NCBI RefSeq assembly: GCF_944327115.1
Contig: NZ_CALVGS010000041.1
Span: 3,931 to 67,930 of the forward strand
From: an uncultured Traorella sp.
Lineage (GTDB): Bacteria > Bacillota_I > Bacilli_A > Erysipelotrichales > Erysipelotrichaceae
DNA: 64,000 nucleotides
Reading direction: 5' to 3'
Made by a program: the position numbers and the translations under genes. The notes beneath the pieces were generated by a model, which worked only from the letters and a program-made list of their open reading frames with translations, did no database searches and was not told the origin of the DNA. Of this stretch, positions 45,255-55,268 are shown piece after piece. Position 1 is the stretch's first letter. Every line of letters starts with the position of its first letter.

Positions 45255-45824
45255 ATGAAAGAAATGGTAAGTTTAAAAAAAATCCTTATTGGTTTAACTG
45301 CCTTGATCATTGCTGTTTTCATATATGCTTTCTTCTTTACAGGAACAAAGACGCAGCCCTCAGGTATGACAATAGATCAAATCAATGAAATGTATCATAC
45401 TTCTTTTCCTGATACTATTGAAACAACTTCAATAGGAGAACAGGTGGACAAAGCTCTGTTTGGCAAAAAAGTACCTGTTCATGTGGTAGTTTTAGTTACC
45501 GGTGATTATTACTGTGAATTTGAAATGACAAAAGGTGAGAATACTTTTTCATCACCAAAAAGTGAATATCTAAAATATGAATTTGAAATAAATGTAGATG
45601 ATATTCTTATCAAAGCAAGGCAATATGACTATGATACTTTAAATACTGAAGATTCTTATAAACCTACTTATATCTTAATTTTTGATCATCAAGATACTGC
45701 TTTCTATGTAAAGATTAGTCCAATGAGTGACTCTTTGTTCACATATGAACAGGATGAAGCAATCAAACCAGAAGAATTAGGGCTTTTGGAAGATTTAATT
45801 CATGAAAATATTCTTGGAATATAG
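45255..45824 (+). CDS. Hypothetical membrane-anchored protein
   Basis: N-terminal TM segment (ILIGLTALIIAVFIYAFFF); RBS AAAGGAG; no recognised domain. Confidence 0.55.
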   Translation: MKEMVSLKKILIGLTALIIAVFIYAFFFTGTKTQPSGMTIDQINEMYHTSFPDTIETTSIGEQVDKALFGKKVPVHVVVLVTGDYYCEFEMTKGENTFSSPKSEYLKYEFEINVDDILIKARQYDYDTLNTEDSYKPTYILIFDHQDTAFYVKISPMSDSLFTYEQDEAIKPEELGLLEDLIHENILGI

Positions 45825-45882
45825 AACCTTGTACAATCTATACCAAAAATATGTTTTATTTTCAAATAAGAGAAAGGTTAAA

Positions 45883-46203
45883 ATGCGTAAAATATTCTGT
45901 TTAATAATATTATTATTTGTTGGAGGGGCCTTCCTTTTCTTCACAAAGCAAAATAATTCCGATAATATCCGGCCTTATATCTATCCAATTCAACCTGGTA
46001 CTAAAGAATGGAGTGAATTGGAAAATTTGGATGAAATGATTGATTCCACGACGATACCTAAAAAAATTCTAGAAGAAATGGATACAGCTTCTTTGGTCGA
46101 AACATGTATCTCTCATCCATTAATGATTGATCCGGCAGCTTTTAATAATTATCAATTATGGTTTGAGGCACTGCTATCCAAAACAATGCATGAAATGAAT
46201 TGA
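45883..46203 (+). CDS. Hypothetical exported protein, possibly truncated
   Basis: MRKIFCLIILLFVGGAFLFF signal/anchor. A short out-of-frame ORF continues just beyond the stop (46197..46268). Confidence 0.4.
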   Translation: MRKIFCLIILLFVGGAFLFFTKQNNSDNIRPYIYPIQPGTKEWSELENLDEMIDSTTIPKKILEEMDTASLVETCISHPLMIDPAAFNNYQLWFEALLSKTMHEMN

Positions 46204-46359
46204 TGACACGAGATGATGCCAGACAGCGCAGATATAATGAAATTTTATTGAATAGAAATGAATTCAAGTAATAAATAAAATAAGATCTTCAATAATATGT
46301 ATTTTAATGCGTGTTTTTAATGATGTTGATATGTCCACTTACAGCATATTATTCTTTTT

Positions 46360-46396
46360 AAAAAAAAGCAGAAATACCACAAATATTTCTGCTTAT
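46360..46396 (-). terminator. Intrinsic terminator after sufB
   Basis: AGCAGAAATA / TATTTCTGCT stem followed by T8 on the minus strand. Confidence 0.65.
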
Positions 46397-46402
46397 TTGA
46401 TA

Positions 46403-47797
46403 TTAACCGATCGATCCGCTCATATCCAGCTTCAGAAGCTGGTTAAGCTCAACTGCATACTCCATTGGCAGTTCCCGTGTAAATGGTTCCAGGAAGCCCA
46501 TAACGATCATCTGCGTAGCGTTTTCTTTGGTCAGACCACGACTCATCAGGTAGAACAATTGTTCTTCACTGATCTTCGATACCGTTGCCTCATGCTCGAT
46601 CTGACTCGTTTCATTTTTCATGATATTTGTCGGGATCGTGTCACTTGTTGATTCCTTATCCAAAATCAGCGTATCACATTCAACCTTGCTTTTTGAAAAC
46701 TGAGCCTTCGGCCCGTGACTGACAAGACCACGATAATTGACCTTACCGCCATTTCTTGATACTGATTTAGAAATGATATTGCTTGACGTATGCGGAGCCA
46801 GATGAATCATCTTTGCACCGGCATCCTGAAGCTGATTCTTACCGGCAACGGCAATGGATACCGTAATGCCCTTGGCATATTCTCCGGCTAATACACAGGC
46901 CGGATATTTCATATTGATCTGTGAACCGATATTGCCATCGATCCATTCCATCGTCGCATTTTCATAACAGATGGCCCGTTTTGTTACCAGGTTCAAGATA
47001 TTGCTTGACCAGTTTTGTACCGTAGAATAACGGCATTTCGCATCTTTATGAACAAAGATCTCAACCACTGCCGCATGTAAAGAATCATTTGAATATGTAG
47101 GAGCCGTACATCCTTCTACATAATGAACATCAGCACCTTCATCCACAATGATCAGTGTTCTTTCAAACTGACCCATTCTTTCAGAATTGATCCTGAAATA
47201 GGACTGCAGCGGCTTTTCAAGCTTCACACCCTTTGGTACATAGATAAAGCTTCCTCCTGACCATACAGCACTGTTCAAAGCAGCAAATTTATTGTCGGCA
47301 TAGCTGACTAACGTACCAAAATATTTCTTGAACAATTCCGGATGCTCGCGAAGCGCACTATCCGTATCCAAGAAGATAACGCCCTTTTCTTCCACTTCCT
47401 TCAGCATGTTGTGGTAAACGACCTCTGATTCATACTGGGTAGATACACCTGCCAGAAACTTCTGTTCTGCTTCCGGGATGCCCAGCTTATCAAAAGTATT
47501 TTTGATCGTTTCCGGAACATCCTCCCAATTACGTTCCTGTTTTTCGCTTGGTTTGATGTAATACGTATAGTCATCAAAATCAATATGACTCAGATCAGGT
47601 CCCCACTTCTGCAAGGGCATGCTTTTAAACTGGCGATAAGCCTTCAGACGATATTCCAGCATCCATTCAGGCTCATTTTTTTTCTTGGAAATCAGCTCAA
47701 CGATATGTTCATTCAAGCCTTTTCCCGTATTATAGACACTGACATCTTCATCATGAAAACCATACTTATATTCTTCACTTGGGAATTTATTTTCCAT
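46403..47797 (-). CDS. sufB: Fe-S cluster assembly scaffold protein SufB
   Basis: 464 aa with the typical SufB C-terminal half (...[10 protein letters not shown]...MGF...). Confidence 0.93.
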   Translation of the reverse strand: MENKFPSEEYKYGFHDEDVSVYNTGKGLNEHIVELISKKKNEPEWMLEYRLKAYRQFKSMPLQKWGPDLSHIDFDDYTYYIKPSEKQERNWEDVPETIKNTFDKLGIPEAEQKFLAGVSTQYESEVVYHNMLKEVEEKGVIFLDTDSALREHPELFKKYFGTLVSYADNKFAALNSAVWSGGSFIYVPKGVKLEKPLQSYFRINSERMGQFERTLIIVDEGADVHYVEGCTAPTYSNDSLHAAVVEIFVHKDAKCRYSTVQNWSSNILNLVTKRAICYENATMEWIDGNIGSQINMKYPACVLAGEYAKGITVSIAVAGKNQLQDAGAKMIHLAPHTSSNIISKSVSRNGGKVNYRGLVSHGPKAQFSKSKVECDTLILDKESTSDTIPTNIMKNETSQIEHEATVSKISEEQLFYLMSRGLTKENATQMIVMGFLEPFTRELPMEYAVELNQLLKLDMSGSIG

Positions 47798-47800
47798 GTC

Positions 47801-48238
47801 TTACTCACTTTCCTTGATCATTTCTTCAATGGCCTTCCAGCCAATCGTCGCACATTTGATACGATTTGCCTGTTTACCAACCGTATGCATACATACTGCC
47901 TCTTCCAAAAGATCCTCATCATAATCTTTACCATCGATCATCGCATGATAATTTTCAATGATCTTATTTGCTTCATCAATCGTCTTTCCTTTTAAAAGCT
48001 CGCTCATGATTGAAGTAGATGCGGTTGCGATCGTACAGGCAACACCGTCAAAGCGAATATCTTCGATCACATGATCATGGATCTTCGCTTCGACATAAAT
48101 ATCATCAATACATGAATCAGAGGCCATATGACGACTCATATATGTTTCGTCATGGGTCAGCTCATGATTACGTGGATATTCATAATGATCCATGATAATC
48201 TGTCGTAAGACCATTGGATCCTGCATTAAATCATTCAT
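47801..48238 (-). CDS. sufU: SUF-system Fe-S scaffold SufU (IscU/NifU N-terminal-like)
   Basis: YEYPRNH, SCIDDI, GVACTIATAS and CATIGW Cys motifs. Start at MNDLMQ with an AAAGGAG RBS. Confidence 0.87.
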   Translation of the reverse strand: MNDLMQDPMVLRQIIMDHYEYPRNHELTHDETYMSRHMASDSCIDDIYVEAKIHDHVIEDIRFDGVACTIATASTSIMSELLKGKTIDEANKIIENYHAMIDGKDYDEDLLEEAVCMHTVGKQANRIKCATIGWKAIEEMIKESE

Positions 48239-48251
48239 AACAAACTCCTTT

Positions 48252-49481
48252 CTAAAAGAAGACACCTAAACAGTTTTCAATTGACGCCTGTGAACAGATG
48301 TCCACAAAACGATCGACCTCTTCTTTTGTATTATAGAACGTACAGCTGGCTCTCAGCGTTGCACTTGTCTGCAGCTTTTGGGTCAAAAGCTTTGCACAGT
48401 GATGACCTGCACGCACTGCCACGCCCTGTGAATTAAAGAAAGTTGCGGCATCCTGTGCAAAGACATCTTTTACATTAAAGGTAATGATACATGCATCCGC
48501 ATGTGGATTGTATAAGGTGATATTGTCTAATTTAGATAATTTTTCAATCGCATATTCATGTAATTCTTTCTCATAAGCATGAATCTCATCCATACCTATC
48601 TGATCAAGATACTGAAGGGCTGCCTTAAAACCGATCACCGCTTCGATCGGCGGCGTTCCGGTTTCATATTTATAAGGAGCTTCCTTTAAAAGCAAATTAC
48701 CGCACATATCAAAACGGGCATTGCTGCCGCCGCCAAGCATATACGGCTCCATTTCAGACAAAAGCTCATACTTGCCATACATCACGCCTAATCCTGTCGG
48801 ACCGCACATCTTATGAGCGCTAAATCCTGCGAAATCACAGTCAATGTCTTTAACATTTATTTTCATATGCGGAGCACTCTGGGCCATATCCATCACTACG
48901 ATGGCTCCTGCCTGATGTGCCAAAGCACAAATTTCTTTCATCGGTGCTTCATAACCTAATACATTTGTAACATGGGCCAATGCCACGACCTTGACCTTGC
49001 CGTCAAGCAATAACTGTTTTAAGCTATCGATCGACAAACGGCCTTCTTCATCTAATTCGATATATTTGATGATACAGCCTTTTTCCTCTGCGACCCGCAT
49101 CCATGGCAGGATACTGGAAGCATGCTCCGCTTCACAGCTCAGAATCACATCACCCTGCTTCAAAAAACGGCTGTAACCGTAAGCAATCTGATTCAGGGAA
49201 GCACTTGCCCCGGAAGTAAACACGATTTCTTTTTCATCAGCACCGATAAATCCGGCAACCGCCTTGCGTGTTCCTTCATATTCGCTGTCCACCAGATAGC
49301 TCAGCTCATAATCACCGCGGTGTGCATTGGCACCTAATTCCGTATAGTAATGCACGACGGCATCAATGACACATTGCGGCTTGAAGGTCGTCGCCGCATT
49401 ATCAAAATAAATTAAATCATGTCCCTGCATCTTTCTTTTCAAAATAGGGAAATCTTTTCTAATCTTTTCCACATCGATCAT
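48252..49481 (-). CDS. sufS: Cysteine desulfurase SufS
   Basis: PLP-Lys region FSAHKMCGPTG and catalytic-Cys loop RAGHHCA; 409 aa. Confidence 0.93.
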   Translation of the reverse strand: MIDVEKIRKDFPILKRKMQGHDLIYFDNAATTFKPQCVIDAVVHYYTELGANAHRGDYELSYLVDSEYEGTRKAVAGFIGADEKEIVFTSGASASLNQIAYGYSRFLKQGDVILSCEAEHASSILPWMRVAEEKGCIIKYIELDEEGRLSIDSLKQLLLDGKVKVVALAHVTNVLGYEAPMKEICALAHQAGAIVVMDMAQSAPHMKINVKDIDCDFAGFSAHKMCGPTGLGVMYGKYELLSEMEPYMLGGGSNARFDMCGNLLLKEAPYKYETGTPPIEAVIGFKAALQYLDQIGMDEIHAYEKELHEYAIEKLSKLDNITLYNPHADACIITFNVKDVFAQDAATFFNSQGVAVRAGHHCAKLLTQKLQTSATLRASCTFYNTKEEVDRFVDICSQASIENCLGVFF

Positions 49482-50257
49482 GAAAGGCCCACCTTCTTTT
49501 CTATCTTCGAGGTCAGTTCCTCTTTTAATGCTTCATCATCTAAAACAGATGCAATCGGCATCAGATAGCCCACGGTAATCAAACCCAAGGCCTGTGTTTT
49601 CGTCAGTCCTCTTGTCTGCAGATAATAAAGCTGATTTTCATCGATCTGTCCGATCGTTGTCGCATGACTCGCCTGTACATCATTTTCATCGATCAAAAGG
49701 ATCGGTGTGATCTCACAAACCTGATCTTCACTTAAGACCAAGGCACGGCTTGACTGGTGAGAATTGCTGCCATAGGCATTCTTAACGATCTTGCCCGTAT
49801 CGTTCATCTTAAAGTTTCCTTTTTCATAAACGACCGCATAGTTTTCCATATTGCTTTCAGTATATGGCGCTTCATGAACACATTCAATCTCAAAATGCTT
49901 CTTATCACTTACAGCAACGGCACTTCTCAGCTGAAGCACGCTTCCCTCACCCTGTAAATAAATCTTTTGGACACTTTGTACCTCACCGCTGTTGATTTCA
50001 CCAAGATTCAGTTCCATCTTCGCATCTTTTTTCGCAATGACCACATATTCGCTGTTCAAAGCTTCACATTCATTCCAGAACAATGCTTTGAGATGGGCAT
50101 TCTCTTCCAACGTGACCGTACATTTCAGATCTATCCTGGATGATGTTGCGATATATAAAGAAGCCTCTGCATTTTTTTCTACATAAATTTCCAGTTCTTT
50201 TGATTCATGAGCATATATTTTTTCAAAAGAATGGTTTGTCAGAGTTACTTTCTCCAT
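49478..50257 (-). CDS. sufD: SufD-like Fe-S assembly protein (short form, 259 aa)
   Basis: C-terminal SHATTIGQIDENQLYYLQTRGL motif; positioned between sufC and sufS. Confidence 0.78.
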   Translation of the reverse strand: MEKVTLTNHSFEKIYAHESKELEIYVEKNAEASLYIATSSRIDLKCTVTLEENAHLKALFWNECEALNSEYVVIAKKDAKMELNLGEINSGEVQSVQKIYLQGEGSVLQLRSAVAVSDKKHFEIECVHEAPYTESNMENYAVVYEKGNFKMNDTGKIVKNAYGSNSHQSSRALVLSEDQVCEITPILLIDENDVQASHATTIGQIDENQLYYLQTRGLTKTQALGLITVGYLMPIASVLDDEALKEELTSKIEKKVGLS

Positions 50258-50258
50258 A

Positions 50259-51089
50259 CTATGCCCCTTTTCTTACTTTAGCGGCACAGCTGCCTATGGA
50301 TGTAACACCCGTTTTACGAGAAGGTGTTTTTTCACTTACATGGATACCATATTCTTTTTCGATCCAGTCATAGCCTTCCGTATCGATCCTCTCAACCAGG
50401 GATTCATCGCCGCTTACGACGATCTTGCCATCGACCAGAACGTGGGCATGCGTCGGTTTCAACAGCTGATAGAAACGGGCATAATGGGAAACGACCAGAA
50501 GGGCCATCTTGTTTTCTTTTTGTAGATCGACAATGGCATCTGCCACGATCTTCAAGGCATCTACATCCAGACCGGAATCGATCTCATCCAGCATACTGAA
50601 GGTCGGCTTCAACATGCTCATCTGAACGATTTCGTTTCGTTTCTTTTCACCGCCGGAAAAACCTTCATTTAAGAAACGATGAGCCAGATCCGGCTTCATC
50701 TGCAGCTTGGCAATCGTTGATTCCATCTCTTTGATGAATTTAAATAATGGAATCGGTTTTTCTAAACGGGCATTGATAGCCGCTCTTAAAAAATCAGAAT
50801 TTGTTACCCCGGCAATTTCCTGCGGATACTGCATTCCTAAAAATAAACCGGCACGGCTTCTCTCATCCGGGCTCATGCTCAGCACATCCATTCCTTTGAA
50901 TGTGATGCTGCCCTGCGTTACCGTATATTTCGGATGTCCCATGACAGCAGCCAGCAATGTACTTTTACCGTTGCCGTTAGGGCCCATCAGTGCATGGATC
51001 TCATTTTCTTCAATAGATAATGATAATCCTTTCAATATTTCTTTGTCTTCTATCGATACATGTAGATCTTTGATTTCTAATAATGCCAT
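50259..51089 (-). CDS. sufC: Fe-S cluster assembly ATPase SufC
   Basis: Walker A GPNGNGKST, signature FSGGEKKR, Walker B MLDEIDSG. Start at MALLEIKDL with a GAGAGG RBS. Confidence 0.93.
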   Translation of the reverse strand: MALLEIKDLHVSIEDKEILKGLSLSIEENEIHALMGPNGNGKSTLLAAVMGHPKYTVTQGSITFKGMDVLSMSPDERSRAGLFLGMQYPQEIAGVTNSDFLRAAINARLEKPIPLFKFIKEMESTIAKLQMKPDLAHRFLNEGFSGGEKKRNEIVQMSMLKPTFSMLDEIDSGLDVDALKIVADAIVDLQKENKMALLVVSHYARFYQLLKPTHAHVLVDGKIVVSGDESLVERIDTEGYDWIEKEYGIHVSEKTPSRKTGVTSIGSCAAKVRKGA

Positions 51090-51267
51090 AACTACCTCTC
51101 TTTTCTGCTTGTATATTATAATACAATTCTTATAATTCTTCACGTAATATGTTCTATTAATTTTTATCGGATATCATTCGTATTATTCCCATTATAAATA
51201 AAACTGTCATCTTCTGTGAAGAAATATTGAAGAATACATGAATTTATCTTGAACAATTGAGATTAAA

Positions 51268-51296
51268 TTGATTTTTACCCCTTTTTATTCTATAAT
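51268..51296 (+). promoter_or_regulatory. Sigma-A type promoter of the prsA-like genes
   Basis: TTGATT, exact 17 nt, TATAAT, about 28 nt upstream of the GAGGAGG RBS. Confidence 0.5.
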
Positions 51297-51324
51297 AAAC
51301 AAGTCTAAATACGAGGAGGACGTT

Positions 51325-52311
51325 ATGATTGAAAAACTAAAGGAAAATTGGTTTGTCGTATTAGTGGCAGCTATCCTGATCGCTGCTGTCGGATACTACA
51401 CCTATGATACCAACAAAGGTAAACTCCCGGGTAAAAAAGTAGACGGCAAGGATGTCGTCGCATCGATCGGTGATACGAACTATTTTGCCGATGATCTATA
51501 TCTTGAGCTTTATGGAGATGAAAGCAGTGCAAGCTCTGCCGGTACACAGGTACTGTTCAGCTATTTTGAAAGAGCTGTCGTAGATGCTGCCATCAGCGTA
51601 GATGATGAAATGAAGACACAAATTGCCACAGCTGTAACCAGCGTCAAGCAGAGCTATGCCGGACAGGAAGCAACGCTATTGACACAGCTGCAGGCAGCCG
51701 GATATTCAAGCTTAGATGATCTTGAAGCTTATTTCACGCATTACTATAAGATGCAGAAGCTGATCGGTGATGCTTATGCCGAAGATCTTGAGAATCTGTT
51801 CACACCGATCTATGAAGAAAAGAAGCCTCGTGTCGTTTCACACATTTTAGTAAAGATCAGTGACTTTGACAATATCACCGAAGAAGAACAGGCAAAGCTG
51901 GATGCTGTCGATAAGGCATTGGCAGACGGCGAGGATTTTGCGGAAGTTGCCAAGGAATACTCGGATGACGGAAGTGCCAGCGATGGTGGCAATCTTGGTT
52001 ATATGGATGCTGATACAAATTTTGTGAGCGAATTTAAGGAAGCTGCCTTAGCGGCTGAAAAGGGTGTCGTCACTGACTGGATCAGGACAGAATACGGATA
52101 TCATAAGATACTGGTAACTGAAACTGATAAAGAGGCACTGATGAACGATGAATCGATCCGTGATGATATTTATGCAGCTATTGAAAGTGCCAATCCGGAC
52201 CTGAATGCCCAGATCATTTGGGAAGCCGGTCAAAAGCTGGGTGTTGAATTTGCCAATGAAAATGTCGAAAATGCCATTAAATCATATCTCGGCATTGAAG
52301 ACGAAGAGTAA
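51325..52311 (+). CDS. prsA: Membrane-anchored parvulin-type peptidyl-prolyl isomerase (PrsA-like foldase)
   Basis: N-terminal TM segment; PpiC domain VSHILVK...GGNLGYMD...GYHKILV. Confidence 0.8.
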   Translation: MIEKLKENWFVVLVAAILIAAVGYYTYDTNKGKLPGKKVDGKDVVASIGDTNYFADDLYLELYGDESSASSAGTQVLFSYFERAVVDAAISVDDEMKTQIATAVTSVKQSYAGQEATLLTQLQAAGYSSLDDLEAYFTHYYKMQKLIGDAYAEDLENLFTPIYEEKKPRVVSHILVKISDFDNITEEEQAKLDAVDKALADGEDFAEVAKEYSDDGSASDGGNLGYMDADTNFVSEFKEAALAAEKGVVTDWIRTEYGYHKILVTETDKEALMNDESIRDDIYAAIESANPDLNAQIIWEAGQKLGVEFANENVENAIKSYLGIEDEE

Positions 52312-52322
52312 GGAGGTCCATC

Positions 52323-53201
52323 ATGAAAAAATTATTAACAGTGTGTGCATTTGCCTTACTTGTGACATTAAGCGGATGTAAGGACGCTACTACAAGCCTA
52401 AGCGATGGAAATGACGCTTTGATTACCGTAGGAAATACGAAAATCACGAAGAATGATGTTTATACAGGCTTAAAATCAGAAAACGGTGTTACTGCTGTCA
52501 TTTCAAAGCTGACGGCCTATATCGTTGATCAGGAAGTACCGGTCACAGATGAGATGATGAGCGAAGCACAAGAAACGATGCAAAGCTTTAAAGATACTGT
52601 CGGTGAAAGCAATTGGGCAACCTTTCTTGCCAATATGGGGTATGATGATGAACAGCAATATCTTGAAGAAAGAGCTCTTCTTTCCGTTCGTGCCGCACAG
52701 CTGACAAGCAAATATATCAATGAAAACTATGATCAGATCAAAGAAACTTATCAGATCAGAAAAGTAAGGATCTTCCAGACTACTGATTCTGCTATTGCTG
52801 CAGAGGTTCAGGAAAAAGTGCAGAATGGAGAATTAACGATCCAAGATGCCGTTAACCAGTATGATGCGGTAACTACGACCTATGATGGCAGTGAACAGAT
52901 CCTGACAAATGCTTCCGGACTTGGCAGCTCGATCTGGGAAAACATCATGGCCGTTACAGAAGACAATACGGTCTTAACTCCATATCAGTACAGCTCGGAT
53001 CTGTCCAATTTCTATGTGATCGAAGTGGTAAGCGTCGATGTTCCGTTAGAGGAAGCACAAAGCACGATCGAAGGCTTATCTACGATTTCTGATGATGCGT
53101 TTGCCTATTATCTGAAAAAGTACAATTTTACCGTATATGATATTGACTTGTACAATGGTATCAAATCACAAAAAGCAAGTTATATCGTTCAAGATAAGTA
53201 A
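52323..53201 (+). CDS. PrsA/SurA-N-like lipoprotein with a degenerate parvulin region
   Basis: Lipobox LSGC. Same overall layout as the preceding gene, but no conserved His/GG motifs in the central region. Confidence 0.55.
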   Translation: MKKLLTVCAFALLVTLSGCKDATTSLSDGNDALITVGNTKITKNDVYTGLKSENGVTAVISKLTAYIVDQEVPVTDEMMSEAQETMQSFKDTVGESNWATFLANMGYDDEQQYLEERALLSVRAAQLTSKYINENYDQIKETYQIRKVRIFQTTDSAIAAEVQEKVQNGELTIQDAVNQYDAVTTTYDGSEQILTNASGLGSSIWENIMAVTEDNTVLTPYQYSSDLSNFYVIEVVSVDVPLEEAQSTIEGLSTISDDAFAYYLKKYNFTVYDIDLYNGIKSQKASYIVQDK

Positions 53202-53207
53202 TACTAT

Positions 53208-53231
53208 AAAAACGTCAATATGACGTTTTTA
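53208..53231 (+). terminator. Intrinsic terminator after the prsA-like pair
   Basis: AACGTCA ATA TGACGTT followed by T5. Confidence 0.6.
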
Positions 53232-53320
53232 TTTGTTTATAAGCTTAACTATCCAAGACAGCTTTTGTTTTATGGATAGTTTTTTTATTATCTGATTTTT
53301 CGTATAAATGAAAACAATCA

Positions 53321-54739
53321 TTATTTTAATATCTTATCCTTAAAATAATTTGATTGCATCCTTAACTGCTGATCCAGCTTTTTTAAGCCCAGCTCTTCAG
53401 CCAAGGTTTTCCTGCCGCTGAAAAGACTTACTCCTAATCCCAGCTTATCATTTTCAATTTCCACACCCATAGCATTCAATATCGTAGGATATATATCAAA
53501 TGCCGTAAAGATACGGTCATGATCCGATGACGTTTCCTTTTGCGCATGGATCCATACATTCATGACCGTACGATCATAATCTGAATCATATGTTTTGTGA
53601 ATATATTCGGCAGCCATGCTCGTATGATCGCCCATGATAACGATTGTCGTATCTTCATAAAATGGCTGCTGCTTCAGCCAGTCGATAAATTCACCGATCT
53701 TTTTTGAACTGCCACGAATGATATTTGACAACTGCTCCGGATATTCCTCTTTGTACTGTCTATCCTTATAACCATAGGGATGATGAGTATCTACTGTCAG
53801 CATGGTGAAATTAAATGGCTGATCGCCATTAGCCAAACGAAGTATTTCTTCCTTGGCAAAAGCAAACAGCTTTTCATCTTCATATCCCCAGAAGACATGA
53901 TAATCACTTGGAAGCTTCTTTTCCTTATATGCCTCTTTCAAATCAAAGATACGATAATGGCCATGCGTATCGAAATAAAATTTTCTGCCTCCGAATAAAG
54001 CATCTGAACCAATGAGATATTCTTGCTGATAGCCCTCTTTTTCTAAGATATCACCTAAGGCATAAGCTTGCGGCAAGAAAGGTTTGCCTTCTGAAAAGCG
54101 ATGAGTCGTCAAAGGCACGGTTAAAGGAATACCACTTGTAGAAGCTACGATACCGCCGGTCGTCCAACCTGTTCCCGCAACGACATGATAACCTCCCAGC
54201 TGCTTCTGATGAGAGAAATTCAAATTCTCCTGTGCAAGCGTGCTGATTTCCGGAATAAGATCTTCTTTATAATCTCCCCCTTTATCCTTTGACGAATACG
54301 TTGTTTCCAAAGATTCTACGTATAAAAGGATCAGATTTCTTTTCTTAGATGGAAAGGTGATCTTGACATCCCTGCCATCCACATAATATTTCTCATATAG
54401 ATCACTTTTTTTAAACTGGTTGACGATAAAACCAAAAATACCCACTTTAGCCGCTCCATATAATATGCACACGATAAGAATACATATAGCTGCTAACGGA
54501 TAGTAACGGGCATATGTATCATTTACATTTGGTATCAGTAAAATCAGCGATATCAAACATGCTTTCATGAAGCATTTTTTTAACCAGTCAACCATAAACT
54601 GCTTATTCGTTCCTTCCAAAGGAACCTTTAAATGAAAAATGATCTGTTCAAAGCAGGATAAGCCAAAATAACTAAAGGCCCATCCGGCAGAAATCGCTAA
54701 TGTCAATCCAACCAATATCATGAAAAAATATCCTATCAT
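53321..54739 (-). CDS. LTA synthase family / sulfatase-like phosphotransferase (LtaS-like)
   Basis: N-terminal TM segments plus an alkaline-phosphatase-superfamily domain (YVESLETT, TGWTTGG, VDTHHP, GDHT). Confidence 0.78.
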   Translation of the reverse strand: MIGYFFMILVGLTLAISAGWAFSYFGLSCFEQIIFHLKVPLEGTNKQFMVDWLKKCFMKACLISLILLIPNVNDTYARYYPLAAICILIVCILYGAAKVGIFGFIVNQFKKSDLYEKYYVDGRDVKITFPSKKRNLILLYVESLETTYSSKDKGGDYKEDLIPEISTLAQENLNFSHQKQLGGYHVVAGTGWTTGGIVASTSGIPLTVPLTTHRFSEGKPFLPQAYALGDILEKEGYQQEYLIGSDALFGGRKFYFDTHGHYRIFDLKEAYKEKKLPSDYHVFWGYEDEKLFAFAKEEILRLANGDQPFNFTMLTVDTHHPYGYKDRQYKEEYPEQLSNIIRGSSKKIGEFIDWLKQQPFYEDTTIVIMGDHTSMAAEYIHKTYDSDYDRTVMNVWIHAQKETSSDHDRIFTAFDIYPTILNAMGVEIENDKLGLGVSLFSGRKTLAEELGLKKLDQQLRMQSNYFKDKILK

Positions 54740-54819
54740 CCTATCACCTTCGCTTTATTATACAACGCTTTATTGATCCCTGCCAGAAAATTTCAAAAAA
54801 AGATGATCTGCAGATCACC

Positions 54820-55197
54820 TTAATTGTTTTGATTCCGGCATTCCTTACAAATGCCCTTATATAACACCTCAACCTCATTGACCTTAAAATCATCATCAAG
54901 AAGCGTATGACGTTTTTTAGGATACCTTGCCTCAACATCAATCAGCTTTCCGCATTTTACACAGTAGGCATGATCATGAGAAGCCATACAAAAATCATAG
55001 CGATCCTTCATATTCGACATTTCTATCTTACGAATTTTTCCTTTCATCGCAAATGTATTCAAATTACGGTAAACGGTTGCCAATGAAATATGAGGATCAA
55101 TGGCCATCAGCTCCTGATGTATCATTTCAGCTGTAGGATGATCCGTACGATTCATAACAGCATTTAATATCATTGTTTTCTGTCTTGTCTGTTTCAT
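54820..55197 (-). CDS. Fur family transcriptional regulator (Fur/PerR/Zur type not resolved)
   Basis: Winged HTH (SLATVYRNL), HDHAYCVKCG and CKEC metal motifs; 125 aa. Confidence 0.85.
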   Translation of the reverse strand: MKQTRQKTMILNAVMNRTDHPTAEMIHQELMAIDPHISLATVYRNLNTFAMKGKIRKIEMSNMKDRYDFCMASHDHAYCVKCGKLIDVEARYPKKRHTLLDDDFKVNEVEVLYKGICKECRNQNN

Positions 55198-55268
55198 ATT
55201 ATCATTCTACTTGTAAATGAACATGATGTCAAGAATGATACCTAAAATGAAAGCGATTTTATGCCTTT

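Noticed and set aside
46307-46651. 114-aa plus-strand ORF overlapping the sufB 3' end and its terminator
   Set aside because: It overlaps conserved sufB and spans the terminator hairpin, and it has no RBS.
50707-51135. 142-aa plus-strand ORF antisense to sufC, plus other antisense ORFs in the suf genes
   Set aside because: They are opposite a motif-verified ABC ATPase gene, so I treat them as shadow ORFs.
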